DNA of 58,943 bases, counting the filler. It is 4 parts of 4 records of this genome, joined end to end, with 100 filler letters (N's around TTAATTAATTAA, not from the genome) between each part and the next. Parts side by side here need not be neighbours in the genome. Positions count along the whole stretch, not along the records: positions 53,008 to 58,943 come from DRR723986_15470; 3 more parts are not named here. The stretch is one strand, 5' to 3'. Below, piece by piece: positions 57,208-58,943 of the stretch. A program made the translations under genes and the position numbers. Positions within the stretch are counted from its first letter, which is position 1. Each line of letters opens with the position of its first letter. The notes under the pieces were generated by a model. That model ran no database searches. It saw nothing but the letters and a program-made list of their open reading frames with translations, and had not been told where the DNA came from.

Positions 57208-57999
57208 TCAGGCGGTGTGGGCGCCCTCTGCAAGGCCCCGGACGAAGGCGAGGACCTCTTCGGTCGGGCGGCCCTTGGCGATCTCGCTCACGATGGCAGA
57301 GCCGACGACGCAGCCGTCCGCGACAGAGGCGATGTCGCGCGCGTTGTCGGGGGTGCGGATGCCGAAGCCCACGATCACCGGCAGGTCGGTGCCGGCCTTG
57401 ATGCGCGCGACCTCGGGGCCGACGTCCCCGGCCTGCGCGGCGGCAGAGCCGGTGATGCCGGTGATCGACACGTAGTAGACGAAGCCCGAGGTGTTCTGCA
57501 GCACGCGCGGCAGGCGGGCGTCATCGGTCGTGGGAGTCGCGAGGCGGATGAAGTTCAGCCCGGCAGCCTGTGCGGGCAGGCAAAGCTCCTCGTCCTCTTC
57601 GGGCGGCAGGTCGACGATGATGAGCCCGTCGATCCCGGCCTCCTTCGCCTGCGTCAGAAAGGTCTCGACCCCGCGGGAATAGATCGGGTTGTAGTAGCCC
57701 ATCAGCACGATCGGCGTGGCGTCGTCGCCGGCGCGGAAATCGCGCACCATCTGCAGGGTGCGGTCCAGCGTCATGCCGTGTTCCAGCGCGCGCTGTCCGG
57801 CCAGCTGGATGGTCGGGCCGTCGGCCATGGGATCGGTGAAGGGCAGGCCCAGTTCGATGACATCCACACCGGCGCCGGGCAGGCCCTTCATGATCGCCAG
57901 CGAGGTTTCGACGTCCGGATCCCCGGCCATGATATAGGAAACGAAGGCCTTTTTCCCCTCGGAGCGGAGGCGGGCAAAGGTGGCGTCGATGCGGGTCAT
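57208..57999 (-). CDS. trpA: Tryptophan synthase alpha subunit
   Basis: [60 protein letters not shown]. 263 aa from ATG 57999. Confidence 0.98.
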   Translation of the reverse strand: MTRIDATFARLRSEGKKAFVSYIMAGDPDVETSLAIMKGLPGAGVDVIELGLPFTDPMADGPTIQLAGQRALEHGMTLDRTLQMVRDFRAGDDATPIVLMGYYNPIYSRGVETFLTQAKEAGIDGLIIVDLPPEEDEELCLPAQAAGLNFIRLATPTTDDARLPRVLQNTSGFVYYVSITGITGSAAAQAGDVGPEVARIKAGTDLPVIVGFGIRTPDNARDIASVADGCVVGSAIVSEIAKGRPTEEVLAFVRGLAEGAHTA

Positions 58000-58181
58000 G
58001 GCGGTCCTTCCTTGGGCACGGGCTCTGTCCTGTTGCCGGATGCGCGCGAGAAAATCAATGGCGGACCGGGCCGGTCGCGCGGCGTCGGGGCCAGTTCGGT
58101 GCCGGAGCCTGCTTTGATCCGGGTCAAGGCGCGGCGAGGACGGGATGTGGCAGCCTGCCCGTGACCGGAACAGGAGTGACG

Positions 58182-58943
58182 ATGCAGGATACAACGCCCA
58201 TGCCCGAGACCGCCCCCGAGGCCGACTTGGCGGCGCAGGCACAGACCGCCGACGCAGCGCCCGCGCCGGCGCGCGCCCGTGCCCCGGGCCGCCACCAGCC
58301 CACGCAGGACGAGATCCGTCGCGCCTTCGAGACCGGGGATTATCCCTATGACGTCAAGCTCTCTCGCCGCAGCTACGAGCGCGAGAAGGCGCGGCTGCAG
58401 GCCGAGTTGCTGAAGGTCCAGCTTTGGGCGCAGGAGACCGGGCAGAAGTTCGTGCTGCTTTTCGAGGGGCGCGACGCCGCCGGCAAGGGCGGCACCATCA
58501 AGCGGTTCACCGAGCATCTGAACCCGCGCTCCGCCCGGGTCGTGGCGCTGAACAAGCCCACGGACCAAGAGCGCGGCCAGTGGTATTTCCAGCGCTACAT
58601 CGAGCATCTGCCCACCGCCGGAGAGATCGTGCTTTATGACCGCTCGTGGTACAACCGCGCGGGTGTCGAGCGCGTGATGGGCTTTTGTGAGCCCAACGAA
58701 TACCTCGAGTTCATGCGCCAGACGCCGGAACTGGAAAGGATGCTCGTGCGGTCGGGCATCCAGCTTTACAAATACTGGTTCTCGGTGACGCAGGACGAGC
58801 AGGCGGCGCGGTTCGTCAGCCGCGAGACCGACCCGCTGAAGCAATGGAAGCTCTCGCCTATCGACAAGGCGTCACTGGGGCGCTGGGACGATTACACCGA
58901 GGCGAAGGAGGCGATGTTCTTCTACACCGACACCGCCGATGCG
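58182..58943 (+). CDS. ppk2: Polyphosphate kinase 2 (3'-truncated by window edge)
   Basis: Not in the ORF track. Manual translation: [52 protein letters not shown]. Confidence 0.96.
   Translation, partial: MQDTTPMPETAPEADLAAQAQTADAAPAPARARAPGRHQPTQDEIRRAFETGDYPYDVKLSRRSYEREKARLQAELLKVQLWAQETGQKFVLLFEGRDAAGKGGTIKRFTEHLNPRSARVVALNKPTDQERGQWYFQRYIEHLPTAGEIVLYDRSWYNRAGVERVMGFCEPNEYLEFMRQTPELERMLVRSGIQLYKYWFSVTQDEQAARFVSRETDPLKQWKLSPIDKASLGRWDDYTEAKEAMFFYTDTADA

Noticed and set aside
56764..58164. 466-aa plus-strand ORF
   Set aside because: Off-frame to the kinase and antisense to trpA; a GC-driven artifact.
58000..58242. 81-aa N-terminal extension of TrpA in the ORF track
   Set aside because: Family similarity begins at MTRID (57999), which has an AAGGA RBS; the extension overlaps the ppk2 start.

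Overview
This window is not one locus. It is four unlinked contigs joined by 100-bp artificial spacers (N44-TTAATTAATTAA-N44 at 15980-16079, 34942-35041 and 52908-53007), and they appear to come from at least three organisms. Contigs A (1-15979) and C (35042-52907) look like one FCB-superphylum (Bacteroidota/Chlorobi-related) bacterium. They carry T9SS-type C-terminal domains, WG-repeat proteins, a DUF4105/Lnb homolog, a sigma-54 two-component system with a MacB-type efflux operon, a PDZ-PP2C phosphatase, a heptaheme lipoprotein and asnS. Both end in the same palindromic repeat and both appear enriched in GTTAAC. Contig B (16080-34941) is roseobacter-like: an IclR-linked acyl-CoA catabolic cluster, aroQ, a non-canonical LuxR solo followed by a structured intergenic region, and tsf. 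Contig D (53008-58943) is a high-GC Rhodobacteraceae piece: a low-GC secreted SH3-like gene, lldD, an H-NOX/hybrid kinase pair, trpA and ppk2. I found no CRISPR-Cas, prophage, transposase, tRNA or rRNA, and no clearly new multi-gene system that I can support. The best leads are (1) the diverged repeat family ending in a conserved 25-bp palindrome at both A and C contig ends, (2) the LuxR solo with altered AHL pocket plus a possible downstream sRNA, (3) the APH-kinase/histidine-phosphatase/acyl-CoA dehydrogenase cluster, (4) GTTAAC over-representation, and (5) a variable cassette slot at the lldD 3' end. All family calls rest on motif recognition by eye, not database searches.
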